Below, one piece after another: positions 11,851 to 23,789 of a stretch of 64,000 bases of DNA. Position numbers and translations under genes: made by a program. Below the pieces are notes generated by a model that was not told where the DNA came from, ran no database searches, and saw only the letters and a program-made list of their open reading frames with translations. The stretch lies in the NCBI GenBank assembly GCA_964016885.1, contig OZ024744.1, positions 112,654,001 to 112,718,000 of the forward strand, in the 5' to 3' direction. This DNA comes from Eledone cirrhosa (lineage: Eukaryota). Position 1 is the stretch's first letter; each line of letters begins with the position of its first letter.

Positions 11851-13218
11851 TATATTTAGTTATGATATTTATTTAATTAATTATGAAACATGACGATAAA
11901 TCTTTTATTTATTTAATTAATTATGAAACATGACGATAAATCTTTCGATTCCTTCAACTTTTTCTTTTTTTAAACCTTCTTCATAATTATATACTAATGA
12001 TGTAATTAAACTACTCTAAAATGTAGATGCTCCCAATCTATTGAATAAATTTTACGCTAGATAAACTTCTATACTAAATATAAGAGCATCTGTAGAACAA
12101 CAGGGTCTCCTAAATCTTTTAAATGATTTCTGCGAGATAAGTCTTGTTGAATAATTTCGATTTTTTGTTTGCTCTTGATTCTGATTGCTTCTAATGAACT
12201 TGGCAATATATTGTCAGATAAATTGGAAGGGTTGATTTCTGTGGTTGATATGGGGGGCATACTGTGTTTTTTTAAGGCCCTAGACACTCTAGGGAGTGAT
12301 GAAAGTATTCTTAGCGTTTTGATATATTGATTTCTGTTGTCTATTCTATACATGAACGATAATCATGTATGTGAGGGCAGGAATATTAATATTAATATAT
12401 ATTTTATATTTTTTATGTATGTGTATGTATGTATATATATATATAGTAAAATCTTTTATAACGCAAAGGAAAATTTTTTCATGTGAAATAAGAAATTACA
12501 GAGCTGATCACGTATGTATATCTATAGTGTCAACTAGAACTTGAGATGACCTTCTCTTTTTCTCTTTCTTTCTTTTTCTGGAAAGTACATATATACTTAT
12601 GTATTTTGAGGTTTTACCTCAGGTTTTAATATATCGACCTAAAAATTTTTAAACTAAACATATGGTCATTATTTTTCACACATTATATATCTATGTCTCA
12701 TTCATGAATATTGATATTTACAGTATAATACCCAATTCATATGAATTGATAATTCAAATTGATAGGACATAACGTAAAGTTATAAATCTGTCATCCTTCT
12801 CTCTTGATATAACTCTTTCTTCTCCACCCTCTATACATGATGTAATTTTATGTATCGCTGTTTTCTCTTTAGTTATATATCTCCGTCTCCTTAACACTAT
12901 AACTAAATAAATAAATAAATAAATAATTACAGTACCCCCCCCACCCTAAATCTCTCAATTTGCATGTTGAATTATTATTATTCATCTGTTACCTCAGCTG
13001 CCTCTCATTTTTCACCTCCTCACTATTTCTCTCCCATATCTCTCTCTATCTCTCTCTGTTTTTCTTTACATACATTTATTCCTTCTCTCGGTCTTTCTTT
13101 CTAACTGTACTTAACACTAAATATTTACAAACATTTCACTACCAAACCAACTTTTTTAAATGGAAGTTTCAATATTTTATGGTACGTCAAATTTATTTAT
13201 AAAACTGCTTATATATTG

Positions 13219-13284
13219 TATTTTATCTGAAGAAGGCATGCCATATTTTTAATATGGTATCCCTGAAATATGTATAATGAAATA
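13219..13284 (+). ncRNA. Hammerhead ribozyme motif, PLE family B
   Basis: tattttat-CTGAAGA-agg..ccatatt/aatatgg..cct-GAAA-tatgta-TA-atgaaata. Confidence 0.8.
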
Positions 13285-13865
13285 AATATGGTTTTATAAA
13301 TATAGTTTCCATTTGTTTAATATCGTATATCTACTCCAAAACTTGTTGAGTGCTTTATATCAGTTATAAAATATTTAATCGTTGTAACCCAACAATTTTA
13401 AATAAAACTTTTGCATGTGTGTGTGTGTGTGTAAGTGAGTAGAGTAGCGTGTGTGTGTTTGTTTGTATGTATGAGTGTTGCTGTGTGCGCGCATATGTAT
13501 GCGCGTGTGTGTATGTCGTACGTATAAGTGTCAATAAGTGATTTTTTTTTTTTTTTCTTTTTGCGCTGCGACAGAAATAATCGGGCTGGATGCCCGATCG
13601 CGCAGTTAAACCACTGGGAGTGAAGAACCCCTGGTCCTTGTCAGGGCATTCTTCTAGGAGAAGGCATCTCAGGAAACTGGGTTTACTCCGACATAAAACC
13701 TTCGGCTCAGTAGTTACCGATGATGTTGATCTTTTCTTCTTTTCGGGTTATAGCTACTGTCGCTCAGAGAGTGGGATTGGCTCAGTGCACAGTCTTTCCT
13801 CACTTTAAAAATATTCGTCACGCACAGGCATTGCACGAGTGCATTAATAATTATTAATAGTGTAC

Positions 13866-13911
<46 letters not shown>

Positions 13912-14118
13912 GGCGACCTACGTAGTAAATCGTATCATCGTGAGCTCCGCAAAGGTTTGTTATTTCCGTTTGTTAAAAATTGCCATTTATGGAAAATTTT
14001 ATTGTTAACTGTTTATAAGCACACATACATTGTTTTCCGAAAAGGACACCCAAAAAGATTGGGGCCTTGTGCCCAAAATTTTAACTTTTATTATTATCCA
14101 AAAATTTCTTTGAAAAAA

Positions 14119-16095
14119 ATGGCTAATTCCCCTCTGCACGAAGCAGCTGAAAGCCTTCCTCACAAAATAACACCTCACACCGACACCACCATTGTAAATG
14201 TTACTACGTTTGCCAACACAAAAAAAAATATAAGCAGTAGCAATATTTTAAATTTGTCTCAGGCAGACATTCATTTCCCGCCATTACCAATGACTGCAGG
14301 TGTTAAAGCCTCCACCACCACCACCGCGACAACCCCCACCCCCACCCCCACCCCCACCCCCACCACCACCGCGACAACAGAAACAAAAGAAGAAAAAATA
14401 AATTAACTCGTGATGTCGAAATGAAATCAAGCAAAATGGACTCTTCCGCACCAAAGACGACTGACGTCACCACCACCACAACTGAAACTAAAATTAATAT
14501 TAACACAAATAACGATAGCAACAACAACAACAATGACATTATAAAACCGACCCTCAGTTTCGCCATAGTAGCAAAACAATTCGAAGCTTTCACGGTAACT
14601 CAAGAGGATTTAGAAAATGCCAAACAAATGGTAAAGAAAGATGGGTACAGGGTCAGCCTCACCCCCCCACCTAATAAAATGGAGCATCGGCGCCTATGCA
14701 CCGTGTCGTATAGAACAATGTAAAATCGCGCCGAGTGGAACGGGCATCCGAGTCCCAAATCCAAAAAGCTTTGGGACATGTGTGGGCAAGAAAAACCCAC
14801 ATCAGACGTGGGCAAAAGTATGGAACCGTGGATGTGTTCTTTGAAACACCAGAGGAGGCTAGAGAACACTCCATGGACCCATTAAAAAGTGACGACTTCA
14901 CACTCGTCCCAAGCTATTGTGGCCAGAGACTCGTAAAGATCAGGGTGACCCACGTTCCACCGGCCATCGAAATTCCCTGGCTAATAGCGGCTGTCCTCGC
15001 CGGCATCGAAGCCAACACGAAAATAATAGCAATAGCAAAAGAAAAGCAGGAAAACTGGTCCGAATCTGGGATGGAGCTCCTAATCCAAGCGGACCAAAAA
15101 AGCATTGAGGAGATCCCACAGGTAATAGACCTCACTGACGGCAGCCACCTCACGGTAATTGTCGAGGGCAGAAGGCTTAGGTGTGCCGTTTGTGGTGAAG
15201 GAACCCACCTAAGGGCTTTCTGCCCTCAGGCTAAAAGGTTGAGGCCACATCTCCTACCCACCCCAGTGACACAACCATCAACACCACCAGTAGCAGAGAT
15301 GGCAGCAACAACTGTAGCAGCAACAACAGAAGCAACTATAACAGCAACAACCCCAGCAACAGTAGCAAAACCAACACCACCACCACCCAACGCTTCAGAA
15401 CTAGCACCAGCGCCTACACCATCCACCACACCACAACCAAAACTAACGGCTGTGGACGATTTTCCACTCCCCGGCCTATCACAACTGGAGACAGATTGTG
15501 ACGACGAGGAGTGGGAAACGATATCCGGAAAAAAAAAAGAAACCAAAAAAGAAAAAATTCTCTTCCTTCCCCCTCCAAAAACAAAATACAGAGGGAAACA
15601 AATAAACTAAGAAACAAAAAAGTTAGGACAGATATGCCACCATCTACACCAGCATCACCAACCCCATCAACCCAAACACCAACACCATCACCATCATTAA
15701 CTCCAACACCACCATGACCTACACCACAAAAGTCACCAAAATGCGAAACAGAAACAAACCCACAACAAACGCAAACAAAACAAAACAACCAAAACGATAC
15801 ACACTACACAGCATTAAATTTGAACAACAAGCAATTATTGCACTACATCCAACACAACACCAGCATCACAGAAAAAGACTACACAACAACCCCAAAATTC
15901 ACACCACCTCCACACATACAAATCACTCGCATCACACAGAAAACGTACATGACACTAAAACAAAAATTCCCCAAAGACATCGGAGACTTCCGACAAGCAC
16001 TCTCCAGGAGGATTTATAAGGACATCCTTCCTGAGGAGGCCACAAGCAGTGAAAAGGATGAAAAAACCGTCCTTCCCCTACGAGAAGTAAGGTAA
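14119..16095 (+). pseudogene. Tx1 ORF1 (gag-like, CCHC knuckle), frameshifted
   Basis: Consecutive ORF pieces from MANSPL; CAVCGEGTHLRAFC knuckle; Pro/Thr-rich linkers; homologous to 23790-25323. Confidence 0.8.
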
Positions 16096-16129
16096 GTGGT
16101 CTTTCCCATCTTTTCCACTCCTTTTCAAC

Positions 16130-19100
16130 ATGACCTCACTCAGAATAGGCAGCATAAATGCGCGTGGCTTGGGGTCGTCATGGAAGCAGGGCCACCTGCT
16201 CAACGACCTCAGGTCACTAAACATAGATGTAGTGGCCATCAGCGAGACCAGAATCTCCGAAGCACAGGCTTTCGCACCGATCTTCGGCGGCTACGATGTG
16301 TACGCATCTCCCAGCCGTCCGGGATCGGGGGGAGGAGTTGCTGTGCTTTTTCGGAGAGGTTTGGATCTTGCCATACGGGCCATCTTCCTGGACCCAGAAG
16401 GTAAGTTGGTGGTGCTGGACGTGACCAGCGGAGACGGGCAAGCTTTCAGGTTAGTGGCCGTCTATGCCCCGACAGGAGCAGGGCGGCCTGATTTCTTCCG
16501 GCGTCTGGAGACCTTTCTTGGAACGTCTCGCTCTTTAGTGTTAGTGGGCGACTGGAACGGGATCTTAGATGCACGCTGGGATTGTGTGGGATTAGTGGAT
16601 AGGGAAGGAGGGTACAAGAGTCTCACCAACCTGCTCAGACGTTTTGAACTGTCTGACAGGTACCGAATGGATTTCCCAAATGTACCAATGTGGACTTGGA
16701 CAAATCGCATAAGGTCATCCAGATCATATCTAGATAGAGTATTTTGTAGGGAAATAGATAGGTCTAGCATAGGCTGTCCACAATTCAAGATAGTCAGCTA
16801 CACGGACCACAAATTCGTGATCTGTGTGCTTGACTTAGATAGGCTTCATAGACGAGGACCCGGCTACTGGAAGCTAAACGCGTCCTTACCAGCGCGCAAG
16901 GCCTACAGAGACCGGATTAGCGAACTAGTTAAGCGGGCGTTGACGGGGGCCATCGTCAACAACAAGTGGTGGTTTGCTCTGAAAAGAGCAATTAGAATAG
17001 AGTCCATTAGGTTTAGTAAGACTTTAGCAATAGAGAAAAATAGAGCAGAGGGAGAATTAGTTAGAAAATTAGAGGAGGCGCTTAGCAAAGGCATCGCGAC
17101 CGACGTACTTGCGGCGAAATTGGCCCTTGACCAATTCTTCAATGCAAAGCACGAAGGCTGCGTTGTCAGAGCTAGGGTGCGTGCTCTCAGACACGAGGGG
17201 ACGAAAGCCGTTCAATGGGCCCGAGTGGCGGAGGCGCGTCGTGACAACAAAGCCACGATCCGGTCTTTGGTGGACCACGACGGGCGCATGCTACTCGATC
17301 CCGGGCAAATGTGTGAAGCTTTTCAGCGACACTTCGCTCAACTGTTCGGGTGCAGTGGCGGGCCGGATCGAGGGATGGGCTTTAGTGTCTACCTCGACGG
17401 ACTGCCGCGGCTTTCGGCCACTGAGGCAGAGTGTTGCGAAAAGCCGATAACAACCGCTGAAGTACAGGATGCAATGACTAGTTGCACAAGGGGTAAATCG
17501 CCTGGTTTGGATGGTCTGCCCTATGAACTTTACGTACAAATGCCAAACTTATTCGGAGGCCTCTTGGCGGACGTCTACTGCAACTGGCAACAGAACGGGA
17601 GAATTCCCAGCTCTGTGAGCCGAGGAGCGGTGGCGCTGCTGAGAAAGGATCCGAACAAGGGGGATAACATAGATAATTTTAGGCCCATAACTCTGCTAAA
17701 CACAGAGTTCAAGATTTTGGCCAAGGTGCTAGCAAAGAGGTTGGCGCTTGTCGTTGGTGGTCTGGTGGGAGAGGCACAGACATGCGCCATTTCCGACAGA
17801 TCCATCCACGACAACCTCCACCTCATGCGATACATCGTAGAGAGGGTAGCTAGGGAACCTGGCACGGGTGGGTCTTTGATCAATTTAGATCAGTCGAAAG
17901 CCTTCGATAGGGTCGACCATCGTTACCTAGCGGCAGTCCTGAGGGCGGCTGGCTTTGGGCCCGTCTTCAGAGGCTGGATCGCTGCCATGCACAGCGACAT
18001 CTGCTCTGTAGTGAGAGTGAACGGTCACCTGTCGGAACCGTTCAACATCATGCGCTCGGTCCGCCAAGGATGTCCCCTCTCGTCCCTCTTGTACGTATTG
18101 ACTCTCGAGCCATTACTGCACAAACTGGAGACGTTGAGGGGGGTCCCGCGCGAACTAGGATGCGGAAGATCCGTGTCAGCATATGCCGACGATGTCACCG
18201 TAGTGGTGTCGAACGCCAAACACATCGAGGCGATCGGCACTACACTAAGAGAATACGAAGCGGTGACAGGAGCAATGATCAACCAGGAAAAGTCAGTGGG
18301 CCTGCAGCTCAGCACCTGGAGAGGCAGGTCCATGCCGTCCAACAGCGTCGTCGGGCGCTGGACGGACGGACCGGTTAAATTGCTAGGGGTCTGGTTCGGT
18401 CCAGACCTCCAGACGGACAAAAACTGGGACGAGGTGACGAGCAGGGTGGCTTCTCTCACCCAGAAATGGGCCGAGAGGAAGCTATCCCTGAAAAGTCGAG
18501 CGGAGGTGGCGAATGCGTACATCGCATCTGTCATCTACTACCGCCTGACCGTCGTACCTTGTCCTAAGCCCCGCCTGACTGCGCTGGAGCGTTTGCTCTT
18601 TCGCTTCTTGTGGAAGGGACGCGCTCCGATGGTCAGGCGGTCCATCTGCTGTCAACACCCGTTACGTGGAGGGCTGGGCATGCCGTGGCTGATGATGCGC
18701 AGACACGCGCTCAGGCTACGACATCTCCACCTCTTCCTCGACGGTGATCAGGTGTGGTCGCCGTTTGCGAGACACGTTTTTCCCCAGCTCGTCTCCTTGA
18801 CGGAGCTGCAGTCCTGGGTCAAGCGAAGACCGAGAGGGAGCGCTTGGAGACTGGAATGTCTTCAGGCGCTCACAGCCCTCGACCAATCGGGCAATGTGAT
18901 CGGTGGAAACTCCACCTTGGCGTTCTATAGGGGATTAGTGGAGGGGAAGAGCGACGACGTACTTGGGGAAACTCTAGGCGTCGACGAAAATCAACTAGCC
19001 AATCTCTTCGGAAGGACTTTCGGGCCGGGGCCTATGGACAACTTCCAGAAATCCCTGGCCTGGCAGTGCTACCGAGGAGCTTTGCCAGTTCGGGATAAAC

Positions 19101-19492
19101 TCTACAGGCATGGAGGTGCCGTCAGCCGGGCATGTCCGAGATGCGCGCAGGGCGACGAAACCGTCCTGCACGCACTCGTCCAGTGTCCGAGCATTGCTGA
19201 CTTGTGGGTTTATGTCGAACACCTGCTGTCACGTGTAGGACGGATCCAGCTATCAGCTGAGTCCATCGTGAGGATTGCCCCGCCCCCTTCCTTTAGCCGG
19301 GAAGGGCAGGCAGTTTTTATCTGTCTGGTGGCCATGGCGAAAGAGATAGTATGGTGGACACGTTTGAAAGGGCTGAAGACGAGCACTTACCTCTTCGGTG
19401 ATGCCCTGATTAACTTTTTCAAATTTCATTTGAAAAGGAAAATCAGGGTAGAGAGGGAAGTGCTCTCTTCCCAGCATTTTGTTGAAAGATGA
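16130..19492 (+). CDS. Tx1 ORF2: APE endonuclease, reverse transcriptase, C-terminal zinc motif (1120 aa)
   Basis: SINARG, GDWN, YLDR, TDH endonuclease motifs; PGLDG, RQGCPLS, YADD RT motifs; CPRC..ET..H...C; TGA at 19490 is TGG in family 2, so probably truncated by ~19 aa. Confidence 0.95.
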   Translation: MTSLRIGSINARGLGSSWKQGHLLNDLRSLNIDVVAISETRISEAQAFAPIFGGYDVYASPSRPGSGGGVAVLFRRGLDLAIRAIFLDPEGKLVVLDVTSGDGQAFRLVAVYAPTGAGRPDFFRRLETFLGTSRSLVLVGDWNGILDARWDCVGLVDREGGYKSLTNLLRRFELSDRYRMDFPNVPMWTWTNRIRSSRSYLDRVFCREIDRSSIGCPQFKIVSYTDHKFVICVLDLDRLHRRGPGYWKLNASLPARKAYRDRISELVKRALTGAIVNNKWWFALKRAIRIESIRFSKTLAIEKNRAEGELVRKLEEALSKGIATDVLAAKLALDQFFNAKHEGCVVRARVRALRHEGTKAVQWARVAEARRDNKATIRSLVDHDGRMLLDPGQMCEAFQRHFAQLFGCSGGPDRGMGFSVYLDGLPRLSATEAECCEKPITTAEVQDAMTSCTRGKSPGLDGLPYELYVQMPNLFGGLLADVYCNWQQNGRIPSSVSRGAVALLRKDPNKGDNIDNFRPITLLNTEFKILAKVLAKRLALVVGGLVGEAQTCAISDRSIHDNLHLMRYIVERVAREPGTGGSLINLDQSKAFDRVDHRYLAAVLRAAGFGPVFRGWIAAMHSDICSVVRVNGHLSEPFNIMRSVRQGCPLSSLLYVLTLEPLLHKLETLRGVPRELGCGRSVSAYADDVTVVVSNAKHIEAIGTTLREYEAVTGAMINQEKSVGLQLSTWRGRSMPSNSVVGRWTDGPVKLLGVWFGPDLQTDKNWDEVTSRVASLTQKWAERKLSLKSRAEVANAYIASVIYYRLTVVPCPKPRLTALERLLFRFLWKGRAPMVRRSICCQHPLRGGLGMPWLMMRRHALRLRHLHLFLDGDQVWSPFARHVFPQLVSLTELQSWVKRRPRGSAWRLECLQALTALDQSGNVIGGNSTLAFYRGLVEGKSDDVLGETLGVDENQLANLFGRTFGPGPMDNFQKSLAWQCYRGALPVRDKLYRHGGAVSRACPRCAQGDETVLHALVQCPSIADLWVYVEHLLSRVGRIQLSAESIVRIAPPPSFSREGQAVFICLVAMAKEIVWWTRLKGLKTSTYLFGDALINFFKFHLKRKIRVEREVLSSQHFVER

Positions 19493-19790
19493 GTGAGAGA
19501 AGCAAGTATGGTTCGAATGAATGGGCCTTCTCTGAGTATGTGTCTGTAAATTAAAGGTGGAAAACTGGGAGAGGGCACTTGCCCTGGTGGTCAGGGCCAC
19601 TATGGTCTTTTAATGGGCTTTCTCCACAAATGTCCCTCGGAAGTCTCCCCCCTATTGGGGAATTTTTCTTTGTTATTTTATTTCAACCTCCGTTTTTTAC
19701 ACGCAGAAATGCCCATTTGTACCGCCCTGTATTGTCCTGTACTGTCCTTAATGTCTACTTTATGTAAACCCTTGTGGTTAATAAAGAAAA

Positions 19791-19832
<42 letters not shown>

Positions 19833-19869
19833 TATTATTACTTTTTTTTTTTTTTTTTTTCTCAATTCA

Positions 19870-22800
19870 ATGATGTTCCAGAACAATATAAAAGAGATAA
19901 TTGGCAATTTAGGTTCTGGAACAAAAAAGATAATTGGCAATAAGGGCAGGGGCCCCAGGTTATCACAGCCTGGGTCCGCTCGTCATCGTGCCATTGTAAT
20001 AGAGCCAAACAAGGCATTTAGTCTTGGCTGCTGGAACGTACGGACGCTGCTTAACAGGGATTCCTTGGGGCGTCCTGAACGAAGGACCGCTCTTGTTGCA
20101 AAGGAACTTCGACGTTACGATCTCGACATCGTGGCTTTATCTGAGACGAGGATAGTGGAGATGGTCATCTTACAGAATTGTGTGGAGAATATACATTCTT
20201 CTGGAAAGGAAGAGATGAAGGAACCAGAAGAGAGACTGGGGTAGGATTTGCTGTTAAGACTGTGATTGTGAACAAATTAGAAGAATTCCCAGTAGGGATT
20301 AGTGAGCGTCTTATGTCCATGAGAGTTCCGCTGGACAAGGAAAGATATGCTACCCTGGTGAGTGTGTATGCTCCAACTATTAGTTCTGTCGATGAGGAAA
20401 AGGTGTCCTTTTACCATGCCTTGAAAGGTGTTTTAAGAAATATCCCTCAGGCAGACAAAGTCATCGTGCTTGGTGACTTTAATGCTAGAGTGGGTAGGGA
20501 TTTTAACACATAGAATGTAATCGGAAGGCATGGGGTGGGAACGTGTAACAGCAATAGTATGCTCCTGCTGCAGATGTGTGAGGAGCTGGATCTGTGTGTT
20601 ACCAACACCATGTTCCAACAAAAGAACAAATTCAAGACCACATGGATGCATCCTGCATCTAAGGAATGGCATCTTTTGGACTACGTCCTAGTCAGGATGC
20701 GTGACAGACAGGATGTGCAGTGTGTTCGTGTTCTTCGTGGAGCTGAGTGCTGGACGGACCACCGCCTGGTACGCGCAAAAGTGAAACTAATCACTAAACG
20801 TAAAATCCGGGCTCCTGGTGTTGCCCTGCCCAAAAGATTGAATGCTGCTCGTCTTAAGGATAAAAATGTGAAGAGGACATTGGAAGAAGAGATGCAGGCT
20901 GCAGATCTTGGTGAGAATTGGCCGACCCTTAAAAAGTCGGTTTATGATGTAGGCAGGCGTGTTCTGGGATTGGCGCAGAGGAAACATCAGGACTGGTTTG
21001 ATGAGAATGATGTACATATAGAAAACTTGTTGGCTGATAAGAGGCGTGCTCTGTCACGCTACTTGACGGCAAAACCACAGGAGAGGAATACGTTGCATGA
21101 GGAACTCAGGGATGTAAAATCACGTGTTAGGCGGAGTCTTTCTCAGATGAAGGATCAGTGGTGGAGTGAGAAGGCTGGTGAGATACAAACTGCGTCTGAT
21201 TCCAATAACACAAAGCTGTTGTACAGTCTCTTGCGTGAGGTTTATGGACCGTCTTCTTCTCTGGTGACACCGCTTCGCAGCAAGGATGGCAAAGAACTTC
21301 TTCGAGACTCACAAGGAATTCTACGAAGGTGGCGAGAGCACTTTGATGATCTTTTGAATCAGCCGTCTGTCGTCAGTGAAGATTTCCTCAATCTCATTCC
21401 AGAAAGTCCTGTGAAAGTAGCTCTCGCAGAACCTCCGACGCTTGTGGAGGTTGCAGTGGCTATTTCGAAGCTGAACAGTGGAAGATCTCCAGGTATGGAT
21501 GGCATACATGCTGAGCTCCTACAATATGGTGGTGAGAGACTCCTGCAACATCTTCACTCTTTGTTTGGCTGGATATGGGCTAATGAATCCGTACCTGAGG
21601 ACTGGAGAGATGCAGTAATGGTGGTCTTGTACAAGGGAAAGGGTAACAGGAACGATTGTGGGAACTACAGAGGTATATCATTGCTTTCTGTCGTAGGGAA
21701 AGTTTTATGTAGGGTGCTTCTGGACCGTCTGCTGACACACATTGAAGATTGTGTTCTTCCTGAAAGTCAATCTTGTTTTCGTGCTGGACGCGGCACTACT
21801 GATATGATCTTCTCAGCTAGACAGCTCCAGGAGAAGTGCATGGAACAAGGCTTGGATCTGTATCAGGTTTTTGTCGATCTGACAAAAGCTTTCGATACTG
21901 TTAACAGACATGCAGTATGGAAGGTTCTCCAGAAACTTGGTTGCCCTGATAAGTTCCTTGCTTTAGTTAGGTCTTTCCATGACGACATGAAGGCTTGGGT
22001 TAATGTCGGGGGTAACATGTCGGAGCCTATCTCAGTAAAAAATGGAGTGAAACAGGGGGATATTCCAGCACCGTCCCTGTTTGCCATATACTTTGCAATG
22101 GTTTTCTGTATTGCATTCAGGAATTGCGAGCATGGTGTTTACATCCGATATCGAACCTCAGGCAGCATATTTAACATCAGGCGCTTTGCTGCGAAGACAA
22201 AAGTATTTACATCAATCATAAGAGACGTCTTGTATGCAGATGATTGCGATCTTGTAGCGCACACAGAGAGTGATATGCAGCACATTTTGAATGCATTTTC
22301 TGACGCTTGCACTGCCCTAGGTCTGACTGTCAGTCTCAAGAAAACCGTCGTCATGTACCAACCTGCCCCTGGTAAGCAGTACACTGAACCAAACATCTAT
22401 GCGTATGGCAAACGACTTAGAGTGGTTGATCAGTTTGTCTACTTGGGAAGCACTGTCAATCGATACAGCAACCTTGACAGTGAAATCTCACTTAGGATTA
22501 GGAAAGCAAGTGATGCTTTCGGAAAGCTAGAAAGGCGACTCTAGGGTCGGCGAGACATATGCAGGAGGACAAAGGTAAAGGTGTACAGGGCATGTGTGCT
22601 CTCTTGTCTTCTTTATGCCTGCGAGACCTGGGTCACATATCGACACCACCTTAAGCAATTGGAGCGTTTCCATCAGATGTGTCTCAGACGGATCCATGGC
22701 GTTCACTGGAGGGACCACATCAATGATGTCGAGATTTTGGAAAGCTCTATGTGTGACAGTATAGAAGCTCTTGTGCTTAAGCAACGACTCCGTTGGAGTG

Positions 22801-23414
22801 GTCACCTTGCCAGGATGAAGGATTCTAGAATACCAAAACAACTCTTTTATGGAGAGTTGGTTAAAGGAAAACGACCGCCACATAAACCAAAAAAGAGGTA
22901 TAAGGATTCATTGAAAGCCTCTCTGAAAGACGCTAACATCTCTGCTGATACATGGGAGAATATTGCTGCAGATTGTAATAAATGGAGAAAGACTGTATAT
23001 GAGGGAAAAGTTGCCTTTGAGGCATCTCGAATCGCATACGAGAAAGTAAAGCGGGATGTGAGGAAGGGCATTGCTGTTACACTTCCAGACGGCGAGGGTC
23101 CTCCTATGGCGCTGACATGCAGCGTATGTGCGAGACTCTGCCTAAGCAAAGCTGGACTCGAAAATCATCTTCGCAGTCATAAAGTAAGACCAGTGGTTGA
23201 CTACCAGGCTGCTGTTGGAGATGCTACTCATCATGCTTGCCAAACATGTGGTAGAGAATGTAAATCAGCAGGAGGGCTCAAACGACATGCAAAAGTACAC
23301 GAACTCCAACCACAGCCGACTATTCCGAGTGAATGTTTTGGTTGCCGACTCTGTGCAAGACATTTTAGATCATTGGCTGGGCTAAAAAGCCACATTCGAT
23401 CGCAGCGCTGTTAG
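19870..23414 (+). pseudogene. RTE ORF: APE endonuclease, RT and three C-terminal C2H2-type fingers
   Basis: WNVRTL, GDFNAR, WTDH, QGDIPAP, YADD; frameshift near 20155, TAG stops at 20511 and 22542. Confidence 0.92.
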
Positions 23415-23789
23415 TTGCTACCGTGTGTGTGTGTGTGTGTGTGTGTGTATAGGTATGTTTATGTGTGTGCGTGTGTATGTGTGTATATATATGTATATGT
23501 ATATCATTATTGTTGTTGTTGTCGTTATTATTATTGTTGTTATTATTATTATTATTATTTTTTTTTTTTTCTTCTCGTGCAATGGCCATACTCGATAACG
23601 AGGGGGCAGCCATCATATGTGTGTATATACATCACTCAGTCAAACGACCAGATTTCAACCCCAACATCTACAACAACACCGGCACTGCCACCACCACCAT
23701 CACCACCACCGCCGCCATCATCATCACCAGCGTTCGGGCCTTAAGAAAACAACTTTAATAATAATAATTAATAGTGTATTATTATTATT

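Larger units (their letters stand above)
11335..13415 (+). mobile_element. PLE family B, 5'-truncated, with inverted pLTR arm (11335-11606) and ~1.5-kb 3' UTR
   Basis: 11335-11606 is the reverse complement of ~13058-13330; endonuclease C-terminus at 11607-11850; tail 13331-13415. Confidence 0.8.
13911..19790 (+). mobile_element. Tx1/L1-clade LINE family 1, near full length
   Basis: ORF1 plus ORF2, 3' aataaagaaaa, (TTA)n on both sides. Confidence 0.9.
13515..23617 (+). mobile_element. RTE (BovB-like) LINE copy 1, probably full length, with a Tx1 element nested in its 5' leader
   Basis: Putative 5' UTR 13515-13910 (ctaggagaagg..aaacc resembles RTE leaders); coding 19870-23414; 3' end ctcgataacgagggggcagccatcat; possible TSD tgtgtgtat (13506-13514, 23618-23626). 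The 5' boundary is inferred. Confidence 0.65.

Noticed and set aside
13560-13850. HDV-like ribozyme in the putative RTE leader
   Set aside because: A hairpin (atcgggc/gcccgat) is present, but I could not build the nested double pseudoknot.
16217-19600. Many short antisense ORFs over Tx1 and RTE coding regions
   Set aside because: Shadow frames of GC-richer LINE ORFs, with no motifs of their own.
16090-19915. Splicing from the Tx1 ORF1 donor to acceptors at the RTE start, giving an ORF1-RTE fusion
   Set aside because: The donor is phase 2, while the AGs after the T-run are phase 0 or 1, so the product is out of frame.
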